Below, piece after piece: positions 8,603 through 18,846 of a stretch of DNA of 64,000 nucleotides. Below the pieces are notes generated by a model, which worked only from the letters and a program-made list of their open reading frames with translations, did not search any database and was not told the DNA's origin. The stretch is taken from NCBI GenBank assembly GCA_027451945.1, contig DAIDHT010000018.1:499-64498 (forward strand), given 5' to 3'. Position 1 is the first letter of the stretch. Each line of letters opens with the position of its first letter. The stretch comes from Spirochaetales bacterium. GTDB taxonomy: Bacteria > Spirochaetota > Spirochaetia > JABEVK01. The position numbers and the translations under genes were made by a program.

Positions 8603-10045
8603 TTAAATTTCCTTTTTCGGGATCGTACTCTCATTTCCGTCTCTATAGGCTTGATAGTGGGGCGAAAGGATCTCGATACCAGCGTCACGACAAGAGTCTT
8701 GGATATTCTGGTGCAAGTCGGAGTAAAGCTGGGGGATTTGCTGAGGATGCCGCGTGGCGGCATTAAGCTGGTAGGCGACATAAAAGTCGTCGAGCGCGGT
8801 TTGCCAAACAAAAGGTTTAGGGTCTTGAAGTAGGCCTTCTGTTTTCAACGCGGCGTTCAGGAGGGCTTCATGAATCTTCCTCCAGGGAATGTCGTAACCC
8901 AAGGTCACCGTCGTATGCAGAAGTACAGGATTTTCTTTGGCTTTGGTGGAATAGTTAATAACTTTTCCCCCTAAGATGCTCCCATTGGGTATGCTTACCT
9001 CTTCATTTTTTATAGTCCGCAGGCGCGTGACTAATATACCTTTTTGCAAGACATCTCCCAGGGTGTCGCCCACTTGAATACGGTCCCCTAGCTGAAAAAC
9101 TCGTGAGTAGGTTAGCACAAGACCGGCTAAAGCATGGGATACCACCGACGACGAGCCCAACGAGATCAAAACGCCAACAAAAACAGAGACCCCTTGAAAA
9201 GCAGGGCTTGAGGCTCCCGGCAAAGACGGAAAAGCGATAATAAGAGCTAGCGCTAAGGTTAATAAGCGAAGCAATTGCCAGGTGGGGTACGCCCACTCCG
9301 GATAAAAGTGAGGCAACCGGATGTTTCCCTTTCCAATTTCTGAAAAGACAACCTTCATAATTTTCATAACAAAAAAGGCTACACCAGCAATGACAGCAAT
9401 GGTCAGTAAGTTGGGGCTGTAGGCAATAAAGTTTTGCAACACAACCTTTCCGGCATGAAGCATGGCATGCCAAACACCCAAAACAGTAGGCCTCGTGAAC
9501 GGCAAAAGTGTAAGGACTCCCGAAAGGTACAACACAAGAACTAACACATTTAGACTAACTTGAAGGGCCTTGCGAAGATTCTGTACAACCTTGACGACCT
9601 GCTCTTCAGATAAGAATTGAGCCCGCTGAAACTTCAGTGCTCGAAGCCGAAGGCCTTTTTCTTGTTGAATTTTCGCGGCGAGTTTCAACGAGTACCAATG
9701 AATTCCTTTAAAAAGCGCCACTAGCACGGCTGTGGCCCCGACTGCGCCTAGAAAGGATAGGAACATGAGACCTAGAGGAGTCTGCCAAAATCCGAAAAAA
9801 ACATTTAGCCAAACAGACAGAAGTTCCCGGCTGGCCTTGGGGACGCAAGCCGTACCAACGCCCAGCAAAACAAAGAGGCCCCGTGACAGGAACAGCCAAA
9901 GCTTTTTTGATCCAAGGAGTTTGGCTATTCGTCGCGAGAGAAACCAGCCCCCTCCGCAGACTAAGACGGCCAAGGGTAGCATCAGTAGCGGGTTGTTCAG
10001 AAGATTCTCAACCAAGGTTGTTTCCTTTTCTCCCATGAGGTTCAA
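8603..10045 (-). CDS. Mechanosensitive ion channel, MscS family
   Basis: AGLVLTYSRVFQLGDRIQVG, GDV..KGILVTRLRT, IPNG..L...VINYS, DAGIEILSPHY. Confidence 0.9.
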   Translation of the reverse strand: MNLMGEKETTLVENLLNNPLLMLPLAVLVCGGGWFLSRRIAKLLGSKKLWLFLSRGLFVLLGVGTACVPKASRELLSVWLNVFFGFWQTPLGLMFLSFLGAVGATAVLVALFKGIHWYSLKLAAKIQQEKGLRLRALKFQRAQFLSEEQVVKVVQNLRKALQVSLNVLVLVLYLSGVLTLLPFTRPTVLGVWHAMLHAGKVVLQNFIAYSPNLLTIAVIAGVAFFVMKIMKVVFSEIGKGNIRLPHFYPEWAYPTWQLLRLLTLALALIIAFPSLPGASSPAFQGVSVFVGVLISLGSSSVVSHALAGLVLTYSRVFQLGDRIQVGDTLGDVLQKGILVTRLRTIKNEEVSIPNGSILGGKVINYSTKAKENPVLLHTTVTLGYDIPWRKIHEALLNAALKTEGLLQDPKPFVWQTALDDFYVAYQLNAATRHPQQIPQLYSDLHQNIQDSCRDAGIEILSPHYQAYRDGNESTIPKKEI

Positions 10046-10122
10046 TACTGATTTTGCTTCAAAAACTCTGCAAAGGCAAATTTCAATCTTGCCGTAAACC
10101 TCGAATCAGCCTAAGAATGACA

Positions 10123-10488
10123 ATGATGAAGTTTTTTGATTTTGTTTTTCTAACCATCTCGGTGGGAGTTACTGTGGTTTCGGGACTTGCCGCCTGGAAA
10201 AACACGTCAACCGGTAATCCCCTTGTTGAGATTCAGTCAACCCAAGGAATGTTTGCCTATCCCCTGGGTATAGACCGCGACCTTCACATCAAAGGTCCTG
10301 CCGGTGTTACCTGGCTTAAGATTCGCAACAACCAGGTCTATGCTGTCCAAAGTCCGGGTCCGCGCAAGATTATGATGCAGATGGGAAAAATTAGCCAAAA
10401 TGGGCAATGGATAGCTTCGGTCCCCAATCATGTCTTTGTCAGGATCGTCGGCGGCAGACCAGCGACGGTCGACGCTATTGTTTTTTAG
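10123..10488 (+). CDS. NusG domain II-like (DUF1312) membrane-anchored protein
   Basis: N-terminal TM; IKGPAG.T.L.I, S.GP.KI, G.IS..GQWI...PN.V. The Cys residues I would expect in this family appear absent. Confidence 0.7.
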   Translation: MMKFFDFVFLTISVGVTVVSGLAAWKNTSTGNPLVEIQSTQGMFAYPLGIDRDLHIKGPAGVTWLKIRNNQVYAVQSPGPRKIMMQMGKISQNGQWIASVPNHVFVRIVGGRPATVDAIVF

Positions 10489-10580
10489 ACCCTGTTTCTG
10501 CGAGGTAAATACCAGAATTCGTGTCTCAATCGTGAAAAGATTGAACCTATAAACGCTGTTGAAATAGCCGTAAATCAAAC

Positions 10581-13500
10581 TCAACCTGAAAGCCCTTCTT
10601 TAATCAGATCCAGCAGTTGATCGGCTCCCAGGCGTGCCGTTCCTTCGGAACCCTCAAGCAAAGCGTCAGCCAAGTCTCGCTTACTTTGATGCAAGCGAAC
10701 GATCTTTTCTTCGATCGTGTTTTTCGCAATGAGGCGGTAAATCGTCACGGGCCGTGTCTGCCCAATGCGGTGAGCGCGGTCGCTAGCTTGATCTTCGATC
10801 GCCGGATTCCACCACGGGTCCATGTGTACCACATAATCGGCCGCTGTTAAGTTCAGCCCCACTCCACCCGCTTGAAGACTAATTAAAAACGCATCCGCCG
10901 ATCCGTTTTGAAAGTTCTGAATCGCCACAGAACGTTCCCGCGCTGAAAGTGACCCGTCCAGGTATTCGAAGGTAAAGCCCGCTTTGGTCAGAGCGTCTTG
11001 GATAAGGGTGAGGTGATCCACAAATTGGCTAAAGATCAAAACACGATGCTTATTTTCTCGCAACTGTTCCATGAGCTCTAACAGGTAGGCAATTTTGCTG
11101 GCTGGGGACTCACCCAAGAGGTGCGTGCGATCACCCGCCAAGTTGGGGTGACAGCAGGCCCGCCGCAATTTTGTGAGTTGACTCAAAAGGTAGATTTGAA
11201 ATTCACCTTTCGGTGCGGACTTTTTTGCCTCAAGATCGGCCATCGTCTTTTGCCGTAGGGCTTCGTAAAATGTCTGTTCTGCCACAGAAAGTTCAATCTC
11301 AACCGTTTGCTCTGAACGCGTGGGCAAATCTTGAAGAACCTGCGACTTAGTCCGCCTCAACAAGAAGGGCTTGATCAAATCTTTAAGCACCCGACGTACC
11401 CGCTCGTCTTTATCTCGTTCGATGGGCAACAAGAAACGGCGTTGAAAATCTGTCTGACTACCGAGAAACCCTGGATTTAAGAATTCAAACAGGCTCCACA
11501 ACTCTCCTAAGTGATTCTGTAGGGGCGTACCTGTCACCGCGACACGAAAATCGGCTTTCAAACGTTGTACAATCCGAGTTCGTTGCGTATTGAGATTTTT
11601 GATGACATGCGCCTCATCAAGAATCACGGTGGCCCATTCGCGACCCAGGATCACCTCTGACGACGATACTAGCAGACCATAGGTCACTAAAACAACGTCG
11701 CCCGGCCCCACACGATTCACTAACTCGACCCGGTCACCCACTCCGAAGATTTGGGGACGAAGGTCGGGGGCAAAGCGCACCATCTCTTGTTCCCAATTGC
11801 GGCACACCGAAGTCGGTGCTACAACTAGAGCTGGGCCACGCGAATGTCGATGAAGCAGAAGGGCAAGGCACTGAAGAGTTTTGCCTAACCCCATGTCATC
11901 GGCTAAACAGGCCCCCGCGCCTATTGCCTCTAGGCGGCAAAGCCACTGAAACCCTTCTTCTTGATAAGGCCTCAGCTCGGCTAAAAGGCTTTGGGGAACG
12001 CTGGGCGTTGTATAAGAGGAAACAATCTTTTGCTTGAAGTCTGCCAACTTTTGGTCAACTTCAACCCCTTCCTTGGCAAGAAGCAGGTCGCTTGAAAGCA
12101 AGGCTAAGCGGTGAATTCGATTGTGCGTATCGGCAAGTTGGGCAACATGCTGAAGTTCTTGCAAAAACCGCGTTTCAAGTTCTAGGAACTCACCGTCACC
12201 CAAGGGTACAAACCGGCCTCTTAGATTCGTCATGCAGTTCAAAAGTTCTCGCAATTCCAAAACACGACCTGTATCGATCGTGATGGTTCCCTCTAATTGA
12301 AGCCATTCACCGGTAGAGTGCGCCCGTAACCGTGTCGAATTGCCGGGTCCGCTCGAAAGAACTTTTAGCGTTTGTCCCTTGGGCCATTCCACCCTAAGTT
12401 GAGGAATTTGCCGCAGCTCCGAAAGCACTTCTAAGCACGATTGAGGATCTAAAACCAACGCCGTCGATAAATCGCCCAAGTAAGCCGCCAATTGTGGGCA
12501 TGCTTGCAAAAGACTTTCGCGGGCGGACTTTTCAGTAGAAAAATCGCGCTGAGTCCAAACAAGCTTTTCGCCCTCTCGGCCATGAAGCATTTTGGGGCCT
12601 TCACCCGGTAGTACCAAAGGCGAGGATTCTCCCAGCGGTTTGACATAAAGCGAAAGTTCTAAGCCTGAACCCCGGGGAACAACCAGAACCACCAACCGAC
12701 TGTCGGTTGGCACTTCGTGGGCGGCCTGCGAGGATTGCAGTAACGGCGAATGAATGGTAATTGCACCCGAGAGCTTTTCAAGCAAGCTCACTATGCGCTT
12801 TTGTTCAGACGCCGGGACTTCAAGACGATTACCAAGCACTTCGGCAATTTTTAACGTCGCCGAACTCACCGTCGGAATGCGCCAAGTATGAGGCCCCGTC
12901 CTTTGCAGTTTGGGGTTTGGTTCCAAGGGGTCAGACGAAAAGCTGAACACGGTTTTTCCGTTGCGCTCTTCGACTTGAAGAATAATCTCGTCCCCCTCAA
13001 GGTCTATAGGTTGATTAAGATCATCCCGCAGATAAACGTTAGGGTGCCCAACTAACGCCCTCAGGGCTTGAGGCGCATCGATCACGTAATCTCCCCAAGA
13101 CGTCAGTTTGATGCTTTTCAGGGCCAACTCATCGGCGGGTGTTGCGCACGAAATGGCATGGTCTTCGATCCGCCGCCAAGAAAAGTCTTTGGGTGTCGAC
13201 CATTGCCCGTTTTTTAGCCGCTTTTGCAACTGAGGAAAGACTTTATGCGACGTTGCATCAAGCAACCAGATCATTCGCTCTTCTTTGGGTGACGAGTCTT
13301 TTAATCCCCCCTGCGTTAACAGCTCAAGGCGCTCCAAGCGCACTTCCCAATCTTGTGCTGGGCTGTAGAATCCTGCTAGGGTGTGGTGGATGTTGGTTTC
13401 GGCGATAATTTTATCGCGCTTTGCCTGGAACACCCTTTTCATAGCTTCGTCAGAAGTTCCCTTGGCCAGCAAGTGCCAAGCTTCCAGCTCGTACCACCGA

Positions 13501-14675
13501 AGGCGGCTCCCTTCAAGGGTCTCGGCAAGATTGATCAACGCAGGGTCCTCTTCTACGCCAACTTTATGGCCTAACCATGCTTGTGCCAACATCAGCAAAA
13601 GGGAGTTCCCTAAATTACGGGGTCTGTCTTTAGAGATTTCTTTCCAAAATCCCTCAAGCCCATTGGGTTCGCTTCGATTCCTAAAAAAAGCCCGCCAAAC
13701 ACGGCTAGCAAAATAGCACTGGGGGTGCTGGGTTCCCCAAGTGTTGAGCTTGGCGACCAACGACGGTTTAGCCATGAGCTGTAAGGGGGCTTGCAAAAAA
13801 AACAGAGGATGATCTAAAAACGGTTCCGCCGCGCCTTTGGTATCCCCAGACTCCAAAAAGGTTTGAAATAGTTGCTGCGCTTTGCTAGCCTCGTCATCCA
13901 AAAAGGCCCAAGCCGCTTGGTAAATCAACGGCAAGTCCGTTACCACCGGTGGGCGTTCCAAGCATACAAGCGCGGTGATACTTTGCAATTCGACGGCGGT
14001 ATCTACCATGTAGGGAATCGACGAGTTAAGCAGATGCTGAGCGATTTGTCGATTATAATCCAGGCTAAAAAAGGCAAATTCACCCAAAGCCTTGCTGATT
14101 TCAGGCCAAGCCGATGCTTTGACCCAGCCCAGCCGTTGACTGGCTATCAGCTCTTCTAGCAAGAATGCCCAATAATCGCCCCAAGACTCGCCGTTTGCGG
14201 GAATTGCGCTAACGATCGCTTCCATTTGTTCTTGAAAGGACCCTTGGTAATCTAATTCTGCCAAAAGAATAAGCTTCCGAAACGCATTTCGTTCATCGAA
14301 CAATTCGGAATATCCATAGCTATACGAGGTCTTATAACAGGGGAAAACGAGGTCTAAAGCATTATGAACCTTCTGGGCGGTCAACGGTGTTTGCTTAACA
14401 AAAAGCGATCGTTGCCACCTTGCCTCGTCTCGCATGATGCCATAAATAGAGTTTTCCGTTCGTACTACCAGACCAGCTTTGACAGCGCGATCGAGAGCCC
14501 CTTCCACTTGATTGACCGTGAAGGCTTTTTTTTCTTCAGTTTTGAGATTTGCCTCCTTCATCCACCGATAAAGGTCGTACGCTTCTAGAGGAAAAACGCC
14601 ATAGGCCAGAGTACAGACAACTGTCCGATCGTTAGCAGATAACTTGGCGTATTCGGCTGCGTGTTGATCGTTCAT
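10581..14675 (-). CDS. SNF2-family (Swi2/Snf2) helicase-like ATPase
   Basis: LRPYQ, LADDMGLGKT, DEAH, TGTPLQN, LRRTK, FSQF, GLNL, DPWWNP, QASDRAHRIGQ. Confidence 0.95.
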   Translation of the reverse strand: MNDQHAAEYAKLSANDRTVVCTLAYGVFPLEAYDLYRWMKEANLKTEEKKAFTVNQVEGALDRAVKAGLVVRTENSIYGIMRDEARWQRSLFVKQTPLTAQKVHNALDLVFPCYKTSYSYGYSELFDERNAFRKLILLAELDYQGSFQEQMEAIVSAIPANGESWGDYWAFLLEELIASQRLGWVKASAWPEISKALGEFAFFSLDYNRQIAQHLLNSSIPYMVDTAVELQSITALVCLERPPVVTDLPLIYQAAWAFLDDEASKAQQLFQTFLESGDTKGAAEPFLDHPLFFLQAPLQLMAKPSLVAKLNTWGTQHPQCYFASRVWRAFFRNRSEPNGLEGFWKEISKDRPRNLGNSLLLMLAQAWLGHKVGVEEDPALINLAETLEGSRLRWYELEAWHLLAKGTSDEAMKRVFQAKRDKIIAETNIHHTLAGFYSPAQDWEVRLERLELLTQGGLKDSSPKEERMIWLLDATSHKVFPQLQKRLKNGQWSTPKDFSWRRIEDHAISCATPADELALKSIKLTSWGDYVIDAPQALRALVGHPNVYLRDDLNQPIDLEGDEIILQVEERNGKTVFSFSSDPLEPNPKLQRTGPHTWRIPTVSSATLKIAEVLGNRLEVPASEQKRIVSLLEKLSGAITIHSPLLQSSQAAHEVPTDSRLVVLVVPRGSGLELSLYVKPLGESSPLVLPGEGPKMLHGREGEKLVWTQRDFSTEKSARESLLQACPQLAAYLGDLSTALVLDPQSCLEVLSELRQIPQLRVEWPKGQTLKVLSSGPGNSTRLRAHSTGEWLQLEGTITIDTGRVLELRELLNCMTNLRGRFVPLGDGEFLELETRFLQELQHVAQLADTHNRIHRLALLSSDLLLAKEGVEVDQKLADFKQKIVSSYTTPSVPQSLLAELRPYQEEGFQWLCRLEAIGAGACLADDMGLGKTLQCLALLLHRHSRGPALVVAPTSVCRNWEQEMVRFAPDLRPQIFGVGDRVELVNRVGPGDVVLVTYGLLVSSSEVILGREWATVILDEAHVIKNLNTQRTRIVQRLKADFRVAVTGTPLQNHLGELWSLFEFLNPGFLGSQTDFQRRFLLPIERDKDERVRRVLKDLIKPFLLRRTKSQVLQDLPTRSEQTVEIELSVAEQTFYEALRQKTMADLEAKKSAPKGEFQIYLLSQLTKLRRACCHPNLAGDRTHLLGESPASKIAYLLELMEQLRENKHRVLIFSQFVDHLTLIQDALTKAGFTFEYLDGSLSARERSVAIQNFQNGSADAFLISLQAGGVGLNLTAADYVVHMDPWWNPAIEDQASDRAHRIGQTRPVTIYRLIAKNTIEEKIVRLHQSKRDLADALLEGSEGTARLGADQLLDLIKEGLSG

Positions 14676-14707
14676 AACGTGATTTTACTCAAAAACGCCA
14701 AACGAAC

Positions 14708-15859
14708 TCAACCTTTGGGAAACAACAACTGGGCCACAGAGGAACTGTCAATTTCTTCACCAAAAAGCGTTTTAGCCAATAGGCCACTTCCCAACACTTG
14801 CGGCGCAAATAATAAATCCGGTTGGACACGCCGCATCTTATCCAGGTGTTGGGCATCGTTCACGCCGGCGACGGTTTTGACGTTCGGAGCGACTTCCTTC
14901 ACGGCTAAGATGGCGAAGGCATTTTCGGCATCATCATTGCGCAAGGTCAGAATAGCTCGCGCCTTACGCACCCCGGCTTGCTCTAAAATTTCTTTACGCG
15001 TCGGGTCACCCACGATAACATCTGCGCCCTCAGGGTAAGGAGACGCTTGTCCCGGCGAAACAATCACAGTAACCTGAACCCCTCGGCGTTTGAGCTCCTC
15101 CCACATCGTCTGTGCCAAACTTGAGGCTCCCAGGATTACAAAATGGTCTTGTCGTTGCTTTTGCATACGATCCCCCATCATTTTCTTTAGCTTTTCACCA
15201 AGAAGCGGCACTGCTACCGTTGATAAAGTGGCGGCAAAAACCGTGATTCCCAACAAAATCAATGATACAGTAAACAACTGTCCCTGTGCCGTTTTAGGGG
15301 TGATATCACCATAGCCTACCGTCGACATCGTGACGACAACAAAGTATAGCGCTTGCGAAAGCGTTTTAATGGGGGTCGTAAAATCCTCCCCCAACCATAA
15401 ACTACCCATGATGCCGTAAATGAGGAGCGTCCCCATGCCCAAGAGCGCAAACAACGACCCAGCCGCCAAACTACTACGATGAAATTGCCGCGCAAAGAAC
15501 ACCAGCAAACCTATCAAAACGACCGAGAAACCGAACGATAGTTCAAAAGGTCGATGAAAGACCAAGCTAAAGATCACATAAAAGCCGCTGACTAAGAGCG
15601 AGATAACCCACGAGAGCCGAGCTCCACGAAGCAATCCAAACGCCATAAAAATCAAGCTTATCCCGACAAGGAACGGCAAAACCGAGCCAAGAGACATCGT
15701 GTTAAGCACGGAACGTTGGTGTTGAACGAGAGCCAACCATAGCTGGTACACAGCTTGAGTGTGGGCTAACAAAAGAAACACACCAGCCCCCAGCGAACAC
15801 AAAAAGGCAAGCCAGCGGCTGACCTTATCCCGGGAGCTAAACCACTGAAAAATCCTCAT
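14708..15859 (-). CDS. kch: Kch-like potassium channel with C-terminal RCK/TrkA-N domain
   Basis: K+ selectivity filter TMSTVGYGD; RCK domain with GDPT and DDAENAF. Confidence 0.85.
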   Translation of the reverse strand: MRIFQWFSSRDKVSRWLAFLCSLGAGVFLLLAHTQAVYQLWLALVQHQRSVLNTMSLGSVLPFLVGISLIFMAFGLLRGARLSWVISLLVSGFYVIFSLVFHRPFELSFGFSVVLIGLLVFFARQFHRSSLAAGSLFALLGMGTLLIYGIMGSLWLGEDFTTPIKTLSQALYFVVVTMSTVGYGDITPKTAQGQLFTVSLILLGITVFAATLSTVAVPLLGEKLKKMMGDRMQKQRQDHFVILGASSLAQTMWEELKRRGVQVTVIVSPGQASPYPEGADVIVGDPTRKEILEQAGVRKARAILTLRNDDAENAFAILAVKEVAPNVKTVAGVNDAQHLDKMRRVQPDLLFAPQVLGSGLLAKTLFGEEIDSSSVAQLLFPKG

Positions 15860-15923
15860 TCGACCTCAATCTTTGAACAATTCGTGTTATCATGGCTTAA
15901 ATTAAGCTCCTAGGAAAGTACCA

Positions 15924-17198
15924 ATGACCCTGCTTCTTCTCGTCATCTTTTGCCTCGGTTATCTTGCCATCTCGTTAGAAGAACCTCTCAAACTCAACAA
16001 AGCAGCCCTGGGCCTATTTATCGCCGTCCTCTTATGGACCCTTCTTGCTATGTTCTCACACGACGTCCACGATATTCACCAAATCTTGTCAGAGCATTTG
16101 GCACCCATAGCCGAGATCATCTTCTTTTTAATGGGAGCGATGACCATTGTCGAGGTGATTGACCGGCATCAGGGTTTTCGGCTGATTACTGACCGAATAA
16201 AAACTCGCCACAAACGAAGCCTTCTCATCATTCTCGGTGTCGTCACTTTCGTCCTGTCCTCTGTTTTAGACAACCTTGCCACGACCATCGTGATGATCGC
16301 CATCATGTCAAAGTTCATCACCGAGCTCAACGATAAAACCCTCTTTACAGGGGTAATTGTCATCGCGGCGAATGCCGGCGGCGCGTTTTCACCCATCGGG
16401 GACATTACCACCACAATGCTTTGGATCGGTGGCCAGATTTCGCCTTTAGGAATCCTTACCCATACGTTTTTTCCTTCGCTGGCCGCCTTTGCAATTCCCC
16501 TCCTTGTGGCTTTTTTCCTCGTAAAAAATGACGAGCTTCAACCGACGTCTTCCCCGACAGATTCCTCGGTAAAGACCAGCCATCGGGTTCTTGTCTTTTC
16601 TGTAGGAGTTGGAGCACTCATTTTGGTACCTTTCTTTAAAATCGTCACCGGATTACCGCCGTTCATGGGCATCTTAGGCGCGCTCGGCGTCGTTTGGATT
16701 ATGACCGAGTTTCTTCACCGCAAAAATCACCACACGTTTTCAACAAGACTCAGTGTTACACAGGCCTTACGAGAAATTGACTTGTCCAGCATTTTGTTCT
16801 TTGTGGGGATACTTTTAGCAGTGTCCGCCCTAGAAACGGGCGGGGTCCTCAAGCACTTGGCTCAGCTTCTCGAAGCAAGCGTCAGCAACAAAAACTTTAT
16901 CCCTATTTTTCTAGGGGGCATTTCGGCCGTGTTCGATAACGTCCCTTTGGTCGCCGCTAGTATGCAGATGTACCCGCTAAGCCAGGTTCCCATGGATAAT
17001 AACTTCTGGCTTTTACTAGCCTACACGGCGGGAACTGGGGGCAGTATGCTTATTATTGGTTCGGCGGCTGGGGTGACAGCCATGGGCATGACAAAAGTTA
17101 GCTTTGGCAATTACGCTTTACGCATCGCACCGCTGGCTCTTTTTGGGTACCTAGCGGGAATCATCACGTTCGCCCTTCAATCGGGACTGGGCCTATAA
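15924..17198 (+). CDS. nhaD: Na+/H+ antiporter, NhaD family
   Basis: LDNLATT, AANAGGAFSPIGDITTTMLW, SAVFDNVPLVAA, GGSMLIIGSAAG. Confidence 0.9.
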   Translation: MTLLLLVIFCLGYLAISLEEPLKLNKAALGLFIAVLLWTLLAMFSHDVHDIHQILSEHLAPIAEIIFFLMGAMTIVEVIDRHQGFRLITDRIKTRHKRSLLIILGVVTFVLSSVLDNLATTIVMIAIMSKFITELNDKTLFTGVIVIAANAGGAFSPIGDITTTMLWIGGQISPLGILTHTFFPSLAAFAIPLLVAFFLVKNDELQPTSSPTDSSVKTSHRVLVFSVGVGALILVPFFKIVTGLPPFMGILGALGVVWIMTEFLHRKNHHTFSTRLSVTQALREIDLSSILFFVGILLAVSALETGGVLKHLAQLLEASVSNKNFIPIFLGGISAVFDNVPLVAASMQMYPLSQVPMDNNFWLLLAYTAGTGGSMLIIGSAAGVTAMGMTKVSFGNYALRIAPLALFGYLAGIITFALQSGLGL

Positions 17199-17208
17199 AT
17201 TCAAAACG

Positions 17209-17250
17209 CAAGAAATCGCTGGCACCTTCTACGGTTGCCAGGATTTCTTG
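17209..17250. terminator. Inverted repeat between convergent nhaD and ilvC (probable bidirectional terminator)
   Basis: caagaaatc-gctggca...tgccag-gatttcttg hairpin. Confidence 0.6.
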
Positions 17251-17278
17251 TTGAGAATACCCCTTGTCGCGAAGAGGC

Positions 17279-18748
17279 TTAGATAATTGCCTTCATGGCG
17301 GTCATGTAAGCACGGAGCTTCTTACCAACCACTTCGACAGGGTGATTGCGAATACTGTCGTTAACTTGGTTCAGCACCGCATTAGGAACGTGCGCATCCT
17401 TGATTGGCAGGCCCTTACCGATGACGTCGGTATCGACGCTCTTCATAAAGTCGCCCAACAGGGGACGGCAAGCGTTGTCAAACAGGTAGCAACCGTATTC
17501 CGCTGTGTCCGAAATGACTTTGTTCATTTCGTAGAGTTTTTTGCGGGCGATCAGGTTGGCGATGAGCGGCACCTCATGAAGCGATTCGTAGTAGGCGCTT
17601 TCGGGTTTCATACCGGCGGCAGTCATGGTTTCGAAGGCGAGTTCAACACCAGCTTTAACCATTGCCACCATCAGAATGCCCTTATCAAAGTACTCTTGTT
17701 CAGCAATGGCGGCAGTCGACGCGGCGGTCTGTTCAAACGCGGTTTTGCCGGTAGCTTCGCGCCAAGCCAACAGGTCCTTGTCGCCAGCCTTCCAGTCATC
17801 CATCATCGTTGAGCTGAACTTGCCACTGATGATGTCGTCCTGATGCTTTTGGTACAGCGGGGTCATGATCTTTTTCAGTTGATCAGCAAGCTCGGCTGCC
17901 TTAATCTTGGCGGGGTTAGAAAGTCGGTCCATCATGAGGCTGATACCGCCGAACTTGAGGGCTTCGGTGATGGTTTCCCAGCCAAACTGAATAAACTTCG
18001 ACGCCCAGTTCTTATCGACGCCCTTTTCGACCATTTTGTCGAAGCACAACAACGAGCCGGTCTGCAACATTCCGCACAGAATCGTCTGTTCGCCCATCAG
18101 GTCAGATTTCACTTCGGCCACAAAGCTCGACTGAAGCACGCCAGCGCGATCGCCGCCCGTGCCACTCGCCAAAGCCTTAGCAAACGCCAAGCCCTTGCCT
18201 TCGGCATCATTTTCGGGGTGAACCGCAATTAAAGTAGGAATCCCAAAGCCGCGTTTGTATTCTTCACGAACTTCAGAACCAGGTCCCTTGGGCGCCATCA
18301 TGACGACGGTGATGTCTTTGCGAACCTGCATACCTTCTTCAACAATGTTGAAACCGTGGCTGTACCACAGCACCGAGCCCTTTTTCATGAGGGGCTGGAC
18401 GGCAGCAATCACGTTGCTGTGTTGTTTATCGGGGGTCAGGTTACCCACGATATCGGCACCGGGAATCAATTCTTCATAAGTTCCCACTTTAAAACCGTTG
18501 TCGGTGGCGTTCTTCCAGCTGGCGCGCTTTTCGGCAATGGCTTCTTTACGCAGCGCATAGCTAACATCCAGCCCCGAGTCGCGAAGGTTGAGACCCTGGT
18601 GGAGCCCCTGAGCACCCGCGCCCACGATGACAATCTTTTTTCCTTTCAGAACATTCACCCCATCGGTGAACTCGGCTTTATCCATAAAACGGCAAACGCC
18701 CAGCTGTAACAGCTGTTGGCGCAGGCTGAGTGTATTGAAATAGTTCAT
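17279..18748 (-). CDS. ilvC: Ketol-acid reductoisomerase, long (class II) form
   Basis: [57 protein letters not shown]; 489 aa. Confidence 0.97.
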   Translation of the reverse strand: MNYFNTLSLRQQLLQLGVCRFMDKAEFTDGVNVLKGKKIVIVGAGAQGLHQGLNLRDSGLDVSYALRKEAIAEKRASWKNATDNGFKVGTYEELIPGADIVGNLTPDKQHSNVIAAVQPLMKKGSVLWYSHGFNIVEEGMQVRKDITVVMMAPKGPGSEVREEYKRGFGIPTLIAVHPENDAEGKGLAFAKALASGTGGDRAGVLQSSFVAEVKSDLMGEQTILCGMLQTGSLLCFDKMVEKGVDKNWASKFIQFGWETITEALKFGGISLMMDRLSNPAKIKAAELADQLKKIMTPLYQKHQDDIISGKFSSTMMDDWKAGDKDLLAWREATGKTAFEQTAASTAAIAEQEYFDKGILMVAMVKAGVELAFETMTAAGMKPESAYYESLHEVPLIANLIARKKLYEMNKVISDTAEYGCYLFDNACRPLLGDFMKSVDTDVIGKGLPIKDAHVPNAVLNQVNDSIRNHPVEVVGKKLRAYMTAMKAII

Positions 18749-18784
18749 AACATCTCCTTGGCACAGTTATAGCGCACCCGTTAC

Positions 18785-18836
18785 TATTGCGTAAAGTGAA
18801 GTATTTGCAGTGATCTCTTGCAAAAATTGGTATAAT
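18785..18836. promoter_or_regulatory. ilvC-ilvY divergent control region: two LysR-type TTGC boxes and an extended -10
   Basis: TTGCGTAAAGTGAA at 18787 and TTGCAAAAATTGGTA at 18818 (31 bp apart); TGgTATAAT at 18828-18836. Confidence 0.6.
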
Positions 18837-18846
18837 GGGGAACGCC

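Noticed and set aside
10489-10580. Possible periodic taaa motifs downstream of SNF2
   Set aside because: Spacing is inconsistent and similarity is too low.
10581-14675. SNF2 ATPase as part of a defence system
   Set aside because: Stand-alone, with no methylase, nuclease or other defence partner next to it.
17264-18709. Long plus-strand ORFs opposite ilvC (and similar ones opposite nrdB, yitJ and the MFS genes)
   Set aside because: Antisense frames expected from codon bias; no motifs.
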